Assembly: GCF_963921235.1 (NCBI RefSeq)
Contig: NC_086097.1
Coordinates: 48,052,001-48,116,000, forward strand
Direction: 5' to 3'
DNA length: 64,000 bases
From: Mobula hypostoma
Lineage: Eukaryota
A program made the translations under genes and the position numbers. This document shows positions 37,092-50,614 of the stretch, one piece after another. The notes under the pieces are model-generated. The model was not told where the DNA came from. It saw nothing but the letters and a program-made list of their open reading frames with translations, and made no database searches. Numbering within the stretch: the stretch's first letter is position 1; every line of letters starts with the position of its first letter.

Positions 37092-38260
37092 CAGCGGTCC
37101 CCAACCACTGGGCCATGGACCGGTGCCGGGCCACGAAGCATGTGCTATCGGGCAGCGAGGAAATGATATGATTTGGTGATATGAGTCAGCTGCAGCTTTC
37201 CTCATTCCCTGTCACGCACGCGAGGTCATTACGCACGCATCATCCATGTCAGCGCGGGAAGAAGATCAACTCCTCGAGCTTGCAAATGATGATGGGCTGA
37301 AAAGTATGTTTGACTATCATCTTTGCCGGCATTCCAGATCAAAGTCAAGGCTGAATATCCTGAGATAGCCACAAAAGCACTGAAAACGTTGCTTCCATTT
37401 CCAACATATCTCTGCAATGAATGCAACGAAAACTAAATTGCGGAATAGACTGGACATAAGGAACCCCCTTCGAGTATCGCTGTCTCCCATCACCCCTCGA
37501 TGGGACCGTCTTGTTGCAGGAAAACAAGCCCAGGGCTCCCACTGATTCAGCGATATTGGTGTGTTGCAATGATTTTATATGTTCATACAGGGAAAATATG
37601 TGCTGTGTGTTTAAGATCCAAATGTTACTTAAAATGTTATGATGCTATTGACTTATAAGTGACTTGCATAACCATATAACCATGTAACAATTACAGCACG
37701 GAAACAGATCATCTTGGCCCTTCTAGTCCATGCTGAACACTTACTCTCACCTAGTCCCACTGACCTGCACTCAGCCCATAACCCTCCATTCCTTTCCTTT
37801 TCATATACCTATCCAATTTTTCCTTAAATGATAATATTGAACCTGCCTCTACCACTTCTACTGGAAGTTCGTTCAACACTTACTTCAAGCTCCCCTGTCC
37901 TCTCCTGATAATTGGCTTATCACTATATTCATGTGAGGAAAATATGTACTGTGTGTTTAATTTTAAATTCATTAGATAAAACCTTTTAGAAATGAAATTA
38001 AGTTTATTAGCCACTTCCCCCCAAAAAGAATCGCCAAAAATGAATTGTAGAAAAAAATAGGCATGTACACACATGCACACACAGGTGCCCACGCAAGGCG
38101 TCATGGTCATTGTAGTCTTTCTCGGGGTAAACACAACATATTTGACTGCTACCCTTGTCCGTTGGCAACCCTACCCACCCCCCCCCCCCGGTCGGCCGGT
38201 CCGCAAGAATATTGTCAATAGTAAATTGGTCCACGGTGCAAAAAAGGTTTGGGACCCCTG
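37092..38260 (+). mobile_element. Internally deleted hAT-Charlie/Buster transposon carrying CR1 and hAT-MITE fragments
   Basis: TIRs CAGCGGTCCCCAACC / GGTTTGGGACCCCTG. hAT dimerisation region EYPEIATKALKTLLPFPTYLC..KTKLRNRLD..LRVSLS..QAQGSH at ~37260-37545. Confidence 0.9.
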
Positions 38261-38420
38261 ATCTATGTAAATCTTCAGAAAGCCACAATATTAAAGATTA
38301 CAAGAATAGTCCAAAAGTTCCTAGCAATTGAGGAATGAGCATGCTTGGCTGTGCCTGCACCTTAGGTTTTACCAGCTTGAGCTGAGAAAGGATAAATATT
38401 ACAATAATCATAATAATAAT

Positions 38421-40880
38421 GAATTGTTAATACTCCCAACAATGTTATATTACCACAATATTTAGGAAAACTTGAAACATTTGAAGAACTACACACAATA
38501 ACATACTGTGCAGCATTAACAGCAGTGCAGTGCAATGGCTCCAAGATGGAAGCATTCATTATTGGAAATCCAAAACTGAATAATGAAATAAGAACATCAA
38601 AATGGCAGAAGAGATTAAGAACCAAATTTGAAACCTTAACAGCAGAAATAGCCTAACTAACGGAGTATAAAATGGAAAACCTGAGCAAGAAAGTTAAGAG
38701 AAAAGCTAAGGAAATACTATGGAAATATAAGATCTATACAAGATACGATCAACCTAACAAAAAGATTGTCAAATTTATAAATACACTAAAACAAAAACTT
38801 GGTGCATACAAAGCCAGACTAAATAGATATATAAAATATGCCAGACAAACAAAACATAATTATCAGTTGGAAAAAAATGAAAAAGGTTTATATAGGACAT
38901 TGAAACTAAATTTGACACATCAAAATATCACCAACCTTAGCAGAGAATTACCAACAAACACAGAGATAATGAACTTTTGCTCTAATATCTGGTCAAGCAG
39001 GGCAACACACAATTAAGAAACAAGATGGATTAGGGAGAAGAAAGAATGTACTCACAAAGTTGAAGACATGCAAGTACCTGAAGTTACAATGGATATGCTG
39101 AAAATAGTTATAAAAAACACCCACACTGGAAAATTACTGGCAGCGATAATATTCATAAATATTGGTATAAAAAATTACTTACCATCATCCATACCTATTA
39201 ATACATATCAACAATTTTCTTAAAAATCCTGAAAATGTGCTGAATTTTTGATAGAAGGTAACATATGTTACCTAAATGTGAAATCATAAATGACTCTTCA
39301 CAATAATGTCCTATTACTTGCTTACAAACTATATATAAAAGTGTCACATCATGCATCTTGCAACTAGTCACCGCTCACCTAGATAAGCACTATATACAAA
39401 CGTTTGTACTTACAGAGGAGTAGGACGGATGCCGTAAGGGTATGGAAAGATGTAAGGAATAACTGTAACCCTAAGTCAAGCCCAGTGGAACAGCAGAAAT
39501 CCTTCATACTACCGAATAACGTTTGTTTCTATCCCACACTTGTGGTTAATAGAAGCTCTTAATATATATAAACTAAACACAATAAGTGTGAAATACTTTC
39601 AACAGCTGATGAAGTACTGGTGTTCTATAATCACCCTATCTATTAAAAACCAAAAAGGACAACCACTGTTATGAAAATAAACCAAGGCATTTTCCAGGTC
39701 GATACTCTAGGTCTGCTATGGTTTTGCCTAGCTTGAAACCTGCTCTCTAATTTACAGAATGGGATAAAATTAGGATAACAAATCAGAAACAACCAAATTG
39801 GGACAAAGTATACAGAGGTCTCTAACTCTGAGCCAGGCATCGATACCTTGACACACCTTCTATACATGGACAATCTGAAATTATACACTCCTTCATCAGT
39901 AAAGCTAAAGCAATTCATTCAAATAGTAGAGCTATTTTCTAAAGATGTAAACATGAACAGTGGACTTGGTAAGTGCAGAACATTAAACGTAAGGAAAGGT
40001 GCAATGGAGCCTATAGAATACAAAACAGAGCAGCAGAATGCCACACAACCAATGGATGAGATGAAGCAACAAGTTACCAACAAGTTATCTGAGATACCAA
40101 CAAGCAAATAAAATAGACCACAGTGTAATAAAGGGAAAACTTCCAACATAATTTACCTCAAGGCTTAAGAAAATCTGCCAAGTAGAGCTTAATAGTAAAA
40201 ATATAACAATAGGCAATAATCATTTTCACTGTACACATATTGACATATTCTTTTATAATATTTTTGTCTGAAACTGATCTGGGAAATTTACAAAGAAAAA
40301 TAAGAACTGAAATGACAAATTTTAGAAAACACTATGTACACTTGAACACACTACCTAGGACAGAAGGAGGAAGAGGAATAATCGACATAAAACAATTTAC
40401 GCAACAGTCAGATAAAACTTCTGGGATACAATTTCATCAATAAAACTGGATTCAGCATTCTATGCAAGCATATGAAATTCTGATAAGAAGCACACACCAC
40501 CAAACTTAAATGAAAGCACAACCCAGAAAAATGAAGAAATTATCACTATGGAAAAAAAAGCTAACCAATGTAAGACAATGACCCTCCATGGAAGACATTC
40601 CCATGATCACAGCAGACTAGACATCAACAAGAAAGTGTCGATGCCTGGCTCAGAGTTAGAGACCTCTGTAAACGTTGTCCCAATAATAATACCGCAATAA
40701 TCCCAAAGTCACTAAACAATAGCATTAAGCAGTTAGGCCTACACAGCAATATTTATGTAAATCTCCAGAAAGCCACAATACTAAACACAACTAGAATGGT
40801 TCAAAACTTCCTAGCGATTGATAAATGAGTGTGCTTGGCTATGCCTGCACTTCCGGTTTTACCAGCTTGAGTTGAGAAAA
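38421..40880 (+). mobile_element. R4/Dong retrotransposon, copy 2 (RT region, internal deletion of CCHC/RLE)
   Basis: LTHLLYMDNLKLY RT motif, LPRTEGGRG and LHGRH. 3' end matches copy 1 (TTTTACCAGCTTGAG.TGAGAAA) and is followed by (TAC)n/(TAA)n. Confidence 0.9.
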
Positions 40881-41294
40881 AAACTACTGCTACTACTACT
40901 ACCAATAATAATAATATATAAATATGCAATAAATGTTGAGAAATGAGTTGTAGCGACATTAGAAGTGAGTTCCTAGGTTATGGAATCGGTTCAGTGTTGG
41001 GAAGAGGGAAGTTATCTCCTCTGGTTCAAGTGCCTGATGGTTCAGGGGCAATAACTGTTCATGAACCAGGTGGCATGGGACTTGAGGCTCCTGTCCCTCC
41101 TTCTTGGTGGCAGCAGCAGAAAGAGAGCATGGCCTAAATGGTGGGGGTCTTTGATAATGGATGCTGCTTTAGCGCTCCTTGTAAATGTACTCAATGCTGG
41201 GATGGTTTAACCTGTGATGGACTGGGCTATATCCACTACTTTTTGTAGGCTTTTCTGTTCAAGAGACTTGGTGCTCCCATACTAGGCTGTGATA

Positions 41295-41680
41295 AGGCAG
41301 CATCCATAATTAAGGACACCCAACACCCAGGGCATGTCTATTTCTCATTGTTCCCATCAGGTAGGAGGTACAGAAGCCTGAAAGCACACACTCAGCAATT
41401 CAGGAACAGCTTCTGCCATCTAATTACTAAATTGACATTGAGCCCATGAACACTACCTCACTTTTTTAATATATATTATTTCTGTTTTTGCATGGTTTTA
41501 ATCTATTACATATATTGTATAATTACATATATACAATACATATATTGTAATTGATTTACTGATTTATTTATTTTTACCATTTTTTTATACTATGTATTGC
41601 ATTGAACTGTTGCTGCTAAGTTAACTAATTTCATGACTCATGCCGATGATAATAAGCCTGATTCTCATTCTGATTCTGAT
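41295..41680 (+). mobile_element. Rex1/Babar 3' fragment nested in the opposite-strand Rex copy
   Basis: KAASIIKDTQHPGHVYFSLFPSGRRYRSLKAHTQQFRNSF and an (ATTCTG)n tail. Confidence 0.85.
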
Positions 41681-41926
41681 ACAGCCAGCCAGTATATTCT
41701 TCACAATGCATCTATAGATGTTTATCAAAGTTTTAGATGATATGTTGAATCAGTGCAAATGTCTAAGAAATTAGAGGTGCTGCCATGCCTTCTTTGTGAT
41801 GGTACTCATGAACTCCTCCTGAACCTGGTGGTTTGGGACCTAAGGCTTCTGCATCTTCTCATTGGAAACAGTCAGAAAAGGGCATGGGCTGGATAGTGTG
41901 GGTCCTTGATAATGTATGATAATGAA

Positions 41927-42420
41927 GGATGCTCTGTGGCTCTTATTGCATCTGTTCTCAGCTGAAGTCGTTGGTGGCTGACCTTGTCAAGGAAGCAGAG
42001 TGTAGACTTTCGACTCTATGATCTATCCAGCAGTCACTGAAGTTTTCTAGCAGCATAGATTTCTTTAGAATATAGAAGGCATGTGTGCTACCTCAAAGCT
42101 TGTTGTCCACCAAGAAGAATTTTTCTGATGACTCACAGTCATCTGTGATTTGAGGCTGATCAAGGTTATTATGGTGAGCTCTGTGGGCACACACGTGTAG
42201 TCAGCAGTTGCTGATACTCGCAGCAAGTCAATAACTCTGGCAAATTCCAGTGATTGAAAATTGCTTTCTTCTCATTGTAATGATAATAAATGGACTTATT
42301 CCGCTGTCTTTGGCAGACATCTGTTGCAGTTACCTGGACTGATTGTAGGCAGTGCAGGAATGAGCGCAAGGCTAAGTATCTTTCCACAAAATGTCATTGA
42401 TCAATATGTTAATGGTTTTA
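41927..42420 (-). mobile_element. Catalytic core of an ancient PIF/Harbinger transposase relic
   Basis: LEFARVIDLLRVSATADYTCV (cf. GFARIAGFPRVQGAIDCTHV), GSTHAFYILKKS (cf. GSxHDAFILRQS) and PTTSAENRCNKSH (cf. PxTxAExRYNxAH), in the expected order. Confidence 0.65.
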
Positions 42421-43555
42421 GGAAAACGTCAGCTTATGAATACATTGTTTATTGGAGAGGTTCAGATATTATGTGGTGTTTCTGAAACCTGTGTGGAATA
42501 GGCCTATGGACATGTCATTGCCTTCTTCCTTGAGCCTTTGATTCATTTGAAGTGGTTCGCCACATCCATGCCAGTAAGTCCCATAATGACCATCCATTGA
42601 ATGAGTATCATAGCAGCTAAACATTGGAGAAAACTTTACTTAGTTTTAGCACACTCTCTGGACTTTAGGCAGTGTATGAGCAGTGCTAAGACATCTTAAA
42701 AGTACTCCTAGTGTAGCAGAGTATATATTTAAACAGCAAGAAAGGGAACTGAGCATTGTATGTTGATAGTTGAAATAAAACTCTACAGCAGCACTTGTAT
42801 GGAGCTGTGAACAGGCATTATGCATATTCTGATCTCATTACTTGCAAGCCTGATGCTGGGAAAACATCAAGCACACGAATATAGATTGTCATGGGAAGTG
42901 CCCTCACTGATTTTTCAAATGGCACAATTTAACACAGGAATGATTTCTAACTGAAATTACTTCAGGTAAAAAATTAAATTAGATTAGATAGAACTATTTT
43001 TGTTTACAGAAGTAGGTCACCAGATTTCTATGGCTAGACTTCTTTTTGTTGCCTTATCTACACTTTGTTTCCATCTTTTAAAAAATATATTACTCCAACA
43101 ACAATTGAGTACTCTGCTTGCTCACCTGATGCTCCAGGCAGTTTGTTAGTGGAGTAAAAACTATCCTAATGTTTATCATCACTAAAAAATACTAACAGTC
43201 CTGAATTTCTGAAACTAATTGACTGAATGAGTAGAACAACTAAAGCGTTACAACTACGCTTACAACTATTTTTCTACTCCTTTCAACTTCAAAAGTACAT
43301 TTTTAGATGGTTTTAGAAAATTCAAAGTCAATTTCTTATTTTTCTTCACTCGTAATACTATTTAACTTTTTATCAATTCTCTGTAATTTATCTGCCTGCT
43401 TAATTGCTTTGTCATATATCCAGAGATTGTATTTTGGTTTCTCTTTGATCTGTGTCACTAGAGCTCAAAGATTTATTGATTATTTCTGACTGATTATTTC
43501 CCATTCCATGGAAAGATTTAATGATAAACATGGCTGTGTACTGTAAAGACTATGT

Positions 43556-44560
43556 CCATAAGAAAGACCACAAGACAAAGGAGCAGAAGTTAGCCATTCG
43601 GCCCATCGAGTCTGCTCCGCCATTTTATCATGAGCTGATCCATTCTCCCATTTAGTCCCACTCCCCCGCCTTCTCACCATAACCTTTGATGCCCTGGCTA
43701 CTCAGATACCTATCAATCTCTGCCTTAAATACACCCAATGACTTGGCCTCCACTGCCGCCTGTGGCAACAAATTCCATAGATTCACCACCCTCTGACTAA
43801 AAAAATTTCTTCGCATTTCTGTTCTGAATGGGCACCCTTCAATCCTTAAGTCATGCCCTCTCATACTAGACTCCACCGTCATGGGAAACAACTTTGCCAC
43901 ATCCACTCTGTCCATGCCTTTCAACATTCGAAATGTTTCTATGAGGTCTCCCCTCATTCTTCTAAACTCCAAGGAATACAGTCCAAGAGTGGACAAATGT
44001 TCATCATATGTTAACCTTCTCATTCCTGGAATCATTCTAGTGAATCTTCTCTGTACCCTCTCCAACGTCAGCACATCCTTTCTTAAATAAGGAGAACAAA
44101 ACTGCCCAGAGTACTCCAAGTGAGGTCTCACCAGCGCCTTATAGAGCCTCAACATCACAGCCCTGCTCCTATACTCTATTCCCCTAGAAATGAATGCCAG
44201 CATTGCATTCACCTTCTTCACTACTGACTCAACCTGGAGGTTAACGTTAAGGGTAGCCTGTACGAGGACTCCCAAATCCCATTGCATCTCCGAACTTTGA
44301 ATTCTTTCCCCATTTAATTAATAGTCTGCCCGTTTATTTTTTCTGCCAAAGTGCATAACCATACACTTTCCAGCATTGTACTTCATTTGCCACTTCTCTG
44401 CCCATTTTTCCAATCTATCCAAGTCTCTCTGCAGACTCTCCATTTCCTCAGCACTACCGGCCCCTCCACCTATCTTCGTATCATCAGCAAACTTAGCCAC
44501 AAAGTCATCTATTCCATAATCCAAATCGTTGATGTACAATGTAAAAAGAAGCGGCCCCAG
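43556..44560 (-). mobile_element. 5'-truncated CR1 (RT C-terminus, one frameshift)
   Basis: ORFs 44318..44539 (KFADDTK) and 43652..44287, with a CCATAAGA-type tail. Confidence 0.96.
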
Positions 44561-46431
44561 TCATTGAATTCAAAGAACTGGACTTTTAGTAATTTTAGGG
44601 AACATGAATTGAAATTCCACAATAGCAAACTAAGCTTTTCAATTCAGCTTTAAAGTGTGGAAACTGCTCGGGAGTAAGTAAAGATGTATGAAACTCTTAG
44701 ATCCCATTGAAAAACTAAATGATTCTTTTTTAGGGAAATAAATTCATGTATATGGCACTGTATCACTATTTACTAACTTTAACGGGCATTATTCCAAAGA
44801 GCAGAACCCTTGTCACCTTCCCAGTGCATAGCCAGACCAATGATGACTAGATTCAGAAAATGAAAAATTGCTCTGTGTAGTTTTATATGTATTTGGATAG
44901 CTAGACACAGTTAAGCCAACCGATGTCACAAACCATGTGTTTCTCTGGGGAAAAAAAAATAGAGCTGACATCTGACACTTTTCAATAAGTTTGGCTGAGT
45001 CTAACATGCTGAGTATTTCCATCATTTCTATTTCTACTTTAGATTTCCAGTATCTGCAGATGTTTTTTTTTCACTTTTCAGCACTATATTTCTCCACAAC
45101 CAGAAAGTGCAAATTTCCAATTGGAGAATCTTGTAAGATCACATGGTTCTTGAATCCAGCTCATCTGGTAGCATCCTGGCCTAATGTGTAACACTTTACT
45201 GCCATTCCCTTTCCTGAATGTAAATTACTTTGCTGCGTATTCTGGTCTATCTCCTCAGACAAGTAATTAGAATGGTAAGCACTCTTGCTAAAAGCTTCAG
45301 AGATATCCTAAAACAGGTTAAAGATCAAACCTATTCTATCCAGACTGTGCTGCTTTTTCAATTACATATTGAGACTAATTATCCTTCTTTCTAGTCCCTT
45401 CTTTCTGAATGTGTCCAGATATCATGCCTAATCTCTTTACCTCAAAATGCTTCACAACTGCTTTTATTTTTTGCGCCATTCACTCAAGTCAGTTTGCAGT
45501 AGTCACTTCTGACAGGATTATTTCGAAATTGAATCAAACTACATCATTGCTCTCACAAATATATAATCTACCTTATTCGTAACATGAATGCACTAGAGTT
45601 ACAAATGTTCACAATGCATGTTAATAATACAGAAATAATTAACAGGCAAGTATAAGGATACTCATGATGATTGTTGGTTTGGTTCTGGTATTTGTATTGT
45701 TAGCCTCATTTGCTTAGTTTTATGGGATCTGTTTTTATGGTCACATTTTCCTGGGCCTTTTCACTTTTTTCTGAGTTGTTCTGCTTATTTTTCACCATCC
45801 TTCTGCTTGTTCTGGGGTTTTACTGTGTACTAATTTTAAAGTCACATCTGCCAACTCATGTCTTACCTTTTCATCTCTTAACTTGGACATTCTCTATTTT
45901 CCCTTCCCAGTTCCTTGTTCTTCCTCCTATTTCACAACTCTCTACTGGCCTGCCAGTTATCTTACCACAGTACTTCAAGACCATTCTATTAACAGTCCTT
46001 CATGATTTTGTTTTATTTTAATTTTATGCAGTCTATGGCAATGTTCTAATGGAATCTGACAGTATGTCTGTAGACATGATAAGAATGAACTGGAATAACC
46101 TAAACTGCAAAGTGAAAAGATATCAAAATATAATAAGGAAAGATGTCTCTATAAAATGGTTTCAGCTCCTTATATGAGCAAACCGCAAATGGAATCAGCA
46201 TTGAAGAAGTAGCGTGAAAGGTAATGCACATTTATCACAGAGATATCCCTTTATTGGAACAGCATTCATTTAAATGATCGTAAACGCAATATTTAAACGC
46301 TGTAATTGATTGTTTATAATCGCTTGGATACGGTCGGAGCATCCCAGGTTACGAAGGTCGTATAATTGCTTTAACATTTAATGCTTCAATACTCTATTGA
46401 GCACTGGGGGAGGGGATGAAGGAGCGAGTTC

Positions 46432-46452
46432 AGCGCTGGCCATGGTGCTGAA
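46432..46452 (-). promoter_or_regulatory. RE1/NRSE (REST-binding) element
   Basis: TTCAGCACCATGGCCAGCGCT versus consensus TTCAGCACCnnGGACAGCGCC (2 mismatches). Confidence 0.65.
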
Positions 46453-49400
46453 TCCAACAGCGCCCAGCAGAGTCGTCAAGCTGTCGCCAGTCCATCTATA
46501 TTAAGTATCCGCGTTCCAACAATAATACGGCGCAGTTTAATGAATACACATCTTGATTATTTTTCAAACTTTTTATTAGGCCTCGAAAGCTTTAGGGATA
46601 TTCAAATACACAAAATATCTCTGAACTCAAGAGACTTGCCAAGTAAACAGGGGCCTACCACATGAAAAGAGCGGGGCTAGCAAAATAGACTGTAATTTAG
46701 AAATGGTCTGGGCTCAGGCGGATAATAAGATTAGGAAAACAGTAACGTGCTTCATTCCTGTAATTTCAAAAGTAAAGACAGTTTCTACGTTTATCAAAAA
46801 GAGTATTAAGCACATGACAACGCAACCAGTCTTAAAGCACAGTTAACCTTTCATTGTGGCACCAGGTTCTTCCAATTAGCCACGTAAACCTCAAAATAAT
46901 TTCTCTTTCCTTTTTTTGCAGCCTCATGAACTCCAGTTATACTAGAGATCTGGAACAGTAACATCTTTCGGATGGTTAAATTGCGACGAAATTAAAAAGT
47001 GTTCCCTGTGCTACGGATAACAGCACAAAATCAATTTGGTCGGAGATCGTTTAACTTTTATCAAAGCTCAAGCTCGCATGAGAGAAAAAAAAACAAGGCG
47101 TGATGCCCTTCCCGTTTAAAACAAGTGATGAAAGTTAGGGTATCTGCTTTAATGATTTATCAGCAACCCGCACAAATGAAGCATTGCACAGTCAACCAAA
47201 GTAGCACGTCAGCTGTGGATGGGAGGAACCCGATTAAGATGACAGGAAATTAAATGGAAGATCGCGGATTACAAATTGTTCCTCATCGTTCCCTTTATGA
47301 CTTGCGAACAGAAAATGTAAATTTAAATACTCAGTGCAAGTAATGACATGCCAACTGGACATAAACAACTGAAAGTACCGCGTGTAACTGTTGTTCATTG
47401 GAAAATGTCAGTTTTCGGAGTTTTGACCTGAGCCAATTGTGTACTTTATGTTTAATGAATTTTGGAAGTGAAGTATTTGGGAATGCATGACCTGTGGCTA
47501 CCTTATCCCGGTTCTGTGTGATCAAACTCAAGTACTCTATCCTGAAGAACTACATACAGCTAGACCAGATTTATTTTGAGGAACTTTCAGGCCTTCAGGG
47601 GCTCTGAATAGCTGATCAAACGCATTCAAATACGCTTTTAATATGTTCAAATTTCCTGTTGCTAGGCCTACTTAAATACTGTAAATAATTAATCATATTA
47701 AACAACCCATTTTGATTGTACCAAACGCAGAGATGTGTTGCTGTAACTCTATTGTGGTGTATATGCGTATGGGTGGCATACTTTTGCTGCGCAAAGAAAT
47801 GTTTTGCTTGACAAAATGTCTACATTTTTATCTCGCTTTAATAAGATGCGTGCCCTGGGCTATTTCCTTCCAACATAGAGGACAGCAGATGCGGAAAGTC
47901 TTTAGGGAGCAGATCTTTGGAATTTCATCAGCATTCATCGGTGACCTAGGCTTTTCAACCACGATGATAGACACGATAAATCATCTTTACAAAGAATTCT
48001 AATTATCGTTTATGTGGCCTGTGTGCTTCTTGAGAAGTGAATTTCTAACACGTCTCTCACACTTCTGTCTAGGAACGTTGGGAGCGATTTTTACACACGG
48101 GTTGTGGCATATTTACCTGTCGTTAAAGCCAAATTAATGTGTAGCCTAAATGTTGAATATATACCATTAAGTTACTCAGTGATCAGCTAAATCTGATTCA
48201 TCTTCACCGAAAGTGTGTTCCACATCCTGTGATAGGATTACAAACAAGCATTATAGCAATTAATACAATAATGCTTCCATGATTAGTGCATTTCATTGAA
48301 TTTCATGGATTCTTGGGCTCTGTCACATAGATTTCCCCAGAGTCCTCTAGACTGCAATCTATTATTTTTTTTTAGCAAATTAAATGTAAAATTGCGCTGC
48401 AGCTAAGGAATACACTAACCTTCCAATGCACTGTACGTCAATGGCGTTCGTTTAGAGTGGGTTAACTTAGTGTACAGGAAGGTAGCGTTTTTTAAAATCT
48501 TTAAACCAATGCTATGACACCATTTATAAACTGCACAAACGTTTAATTAAATATTTAACGTATGTACCGTAAGTGCTTCACGCCTTATGCCATAGCGTTT
48601 CCTGTTTTCATTGAGCGCCCCCTCTCCGCCCTCAAGAAACAGCAGTCAATTATTGCAAGATTTACACTGGCTATCATTTTACTTTTTTGAAGACTGAAAG
48701 CCGAGTGAACAGTAGAACGACTGAAAAGGGGGCAGGTTTTATTCAACCATTTATGCTAAATTGATACCATCTGCCGTGTTCCGACAGAACTGCTAAGTGA
48801 GCTCAAAGCTAGAAAGTTCTCTACTGAGTTGAAAGAAAGTGCGTAAGTATTCTACCTTAATGGAGGTGACATTTTGTAACCGTCCACTCAGAACCCTGTT
48901 CACCTCTGACCTAATGAAGATATTTCTCGTGTGAAGTGAAAGCAGTAGGTAGTAGCGGAACGAATGGGTGTGTTTTTTTTTAACGTAAAATGCTTGATTT
49001 TGCATTAAATCGATAGATAATTCAACTTGAAGGGAGGACTTTGTCTTTCTTGCCTCTCACAAGCGCTTTACCATGGTTCCAGTGTGAGACAAGACAAGCC
49101 TTACAATGCATAACGTCAACTCACTTTATGAATCTTTTGTTCAATTTGAAACAATCGCTGTGAACTCCTATCCAATGATAAGTTACTTAAATGACTGCTA
49201 TGTAAACAACCAGCAAACTAAAATAACATATTTCACCAAGAGCATGCAAATCCACCCACTGGCAAAAAAAAAGAGACATTCTTTAAACCACTGACACAAA
49301 TTTCTTTATTATAAAGGTAATGACTGTCTGGTTATCTGTGGACTAGTGCTCTGTGTCCGGGTGATAAGATATTTATTAACAGACTAATGTTAATGTCTGA

Positions 49401-50614
49401 GGATCGCTTTCAAAACATATAAATAATGGACTTTATCTACTCTAATAGGCTTTGTGGATAATCGATTCGTTGATGTTTTACTTTATTTGGAACAACAAAC
49501 GCAGAGAGTGTTAATAACTTTGCGATTGCTCTTCTGTTATCATTTTGCCCAGCTTTCGTCGACAAGACATGCAGCATTGCCTTAACCCGTATTATTTTTT
49601 CTCTAAAGAAAATATGCTGCAGATATTCCGTAGTGATAAATAACTGACAGGGCATGGCGCTGCAACAGTGTTAGATTATTTTACAATTAAACTCCTACCT
49701 CACATTTATAAAAGAAGCGGTTCAGTAAATTACTGCAATTGAGCGCAATCAAATGGAATAGCCTCTTTTCCCTATTATTCTGATTGGAAATCTTAACCAC
49801 TGAGGATAAACCTGATAGAAAGCAAATTATGTTTACACTAGTCAGAACATTATTGATTAATCCAAAAACCCAATAAACGTATGCCTTTTTCGCAGCATAA
49901 GGGGTCGAATCTTTAGGGGTTGGAATTGCAAGTGTCGATGAAAGCTTCATAAGAATATGCCATATTCTTTTCCGAGATAGAGAGCTAAATCGATTTCATT
50001 CTGTCAGTAGTCTATGTCACCTAGCTGGCCACAGTGGGATTGGCTTCTCTGGAGTCACCGGGAGTCCATCTCCAGCCTCACATTTCCAGGCTGTCAGCCA
50101 ACAATTAGCACACTTTAAAGGGATGCAGCTTTTCCTCATTCACATCACTGAATGATGTGATGTGAGGAGAGCTTACTGCCGTCCACACACAAGAAAAAGA
50201 TAACTTCACTGTGTTCATGCCTGACTTCTCTCAATCCACAGCGGAACCTTCAGCTCTGCGCAGCACACAGGCAGAGATCCAAGGAGTTGTTTCCCCGCGT
50301 TTGGAACGCATCTTTTACCCCGCGGGAAGAAGAAACCGAGGACATTCTGAAGATTTGCTAATGGATATTGATGATTTTTCACTCAGAGGGACAAGTGGAT
50401 GCAAGAAGATTCGCTTCTGGATTAGGCTACCCTGGCGGGACATTAGCAAGGGGAGTGGTAGAGAGACCGGATTCTATCTGATTGAGGATTAGCGGGATTT
50501 TGTGCGGCATGCTCGGGTATGGAACAGGCTGTGGCAGCCGGCATGTCACGGCGGAGTGAATGAGGCTGTACCGGGGTGAGGCTCGGGGACCAAGCTCGAA
50601 GATCGCAGAACACC

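Larger units (their letters stand above)
35755..38400 (+). mobile_element. R4/Dong non-LTR retrotransposon, copy 1 (5'-truncated; CCHC and restriction-like endonuclease)
   Basis: FLVAIQDQVV, KCRENPETI.HITGC, YLHTHNQVA and HNHMDIIIQDK..YLIDIAIP. Followed by (TAA)n at ~38403-38420. Confidence 0.9.
35510..41810 (-). mobile_element. Rex1/Babar 3' region (35510-35754 and ~40915-41810) split by nested insertions
   Basis: The Rex-type 3' UTR breaks at (TAA)n 35740-35754 and resumes after (TAA)n ~40904-40915 with PRRRDRSLKSHATWFMNSYCP-like coding. Confidence 0.7.

Noticed and set aside
1..50000. miR-203 or ASPG exons expected from mammalian synteny upstream of KIF26A
   Set aside because: I did not find GTGAAATGTTTAGGACCAC or ASPG-like exons by eye on either strand.
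50211..50492. Independent CDS upstream of KIF26A
   Set aside because: No recognisable homology. It is more likely 5' UTR or a uORF of the distal first exon.
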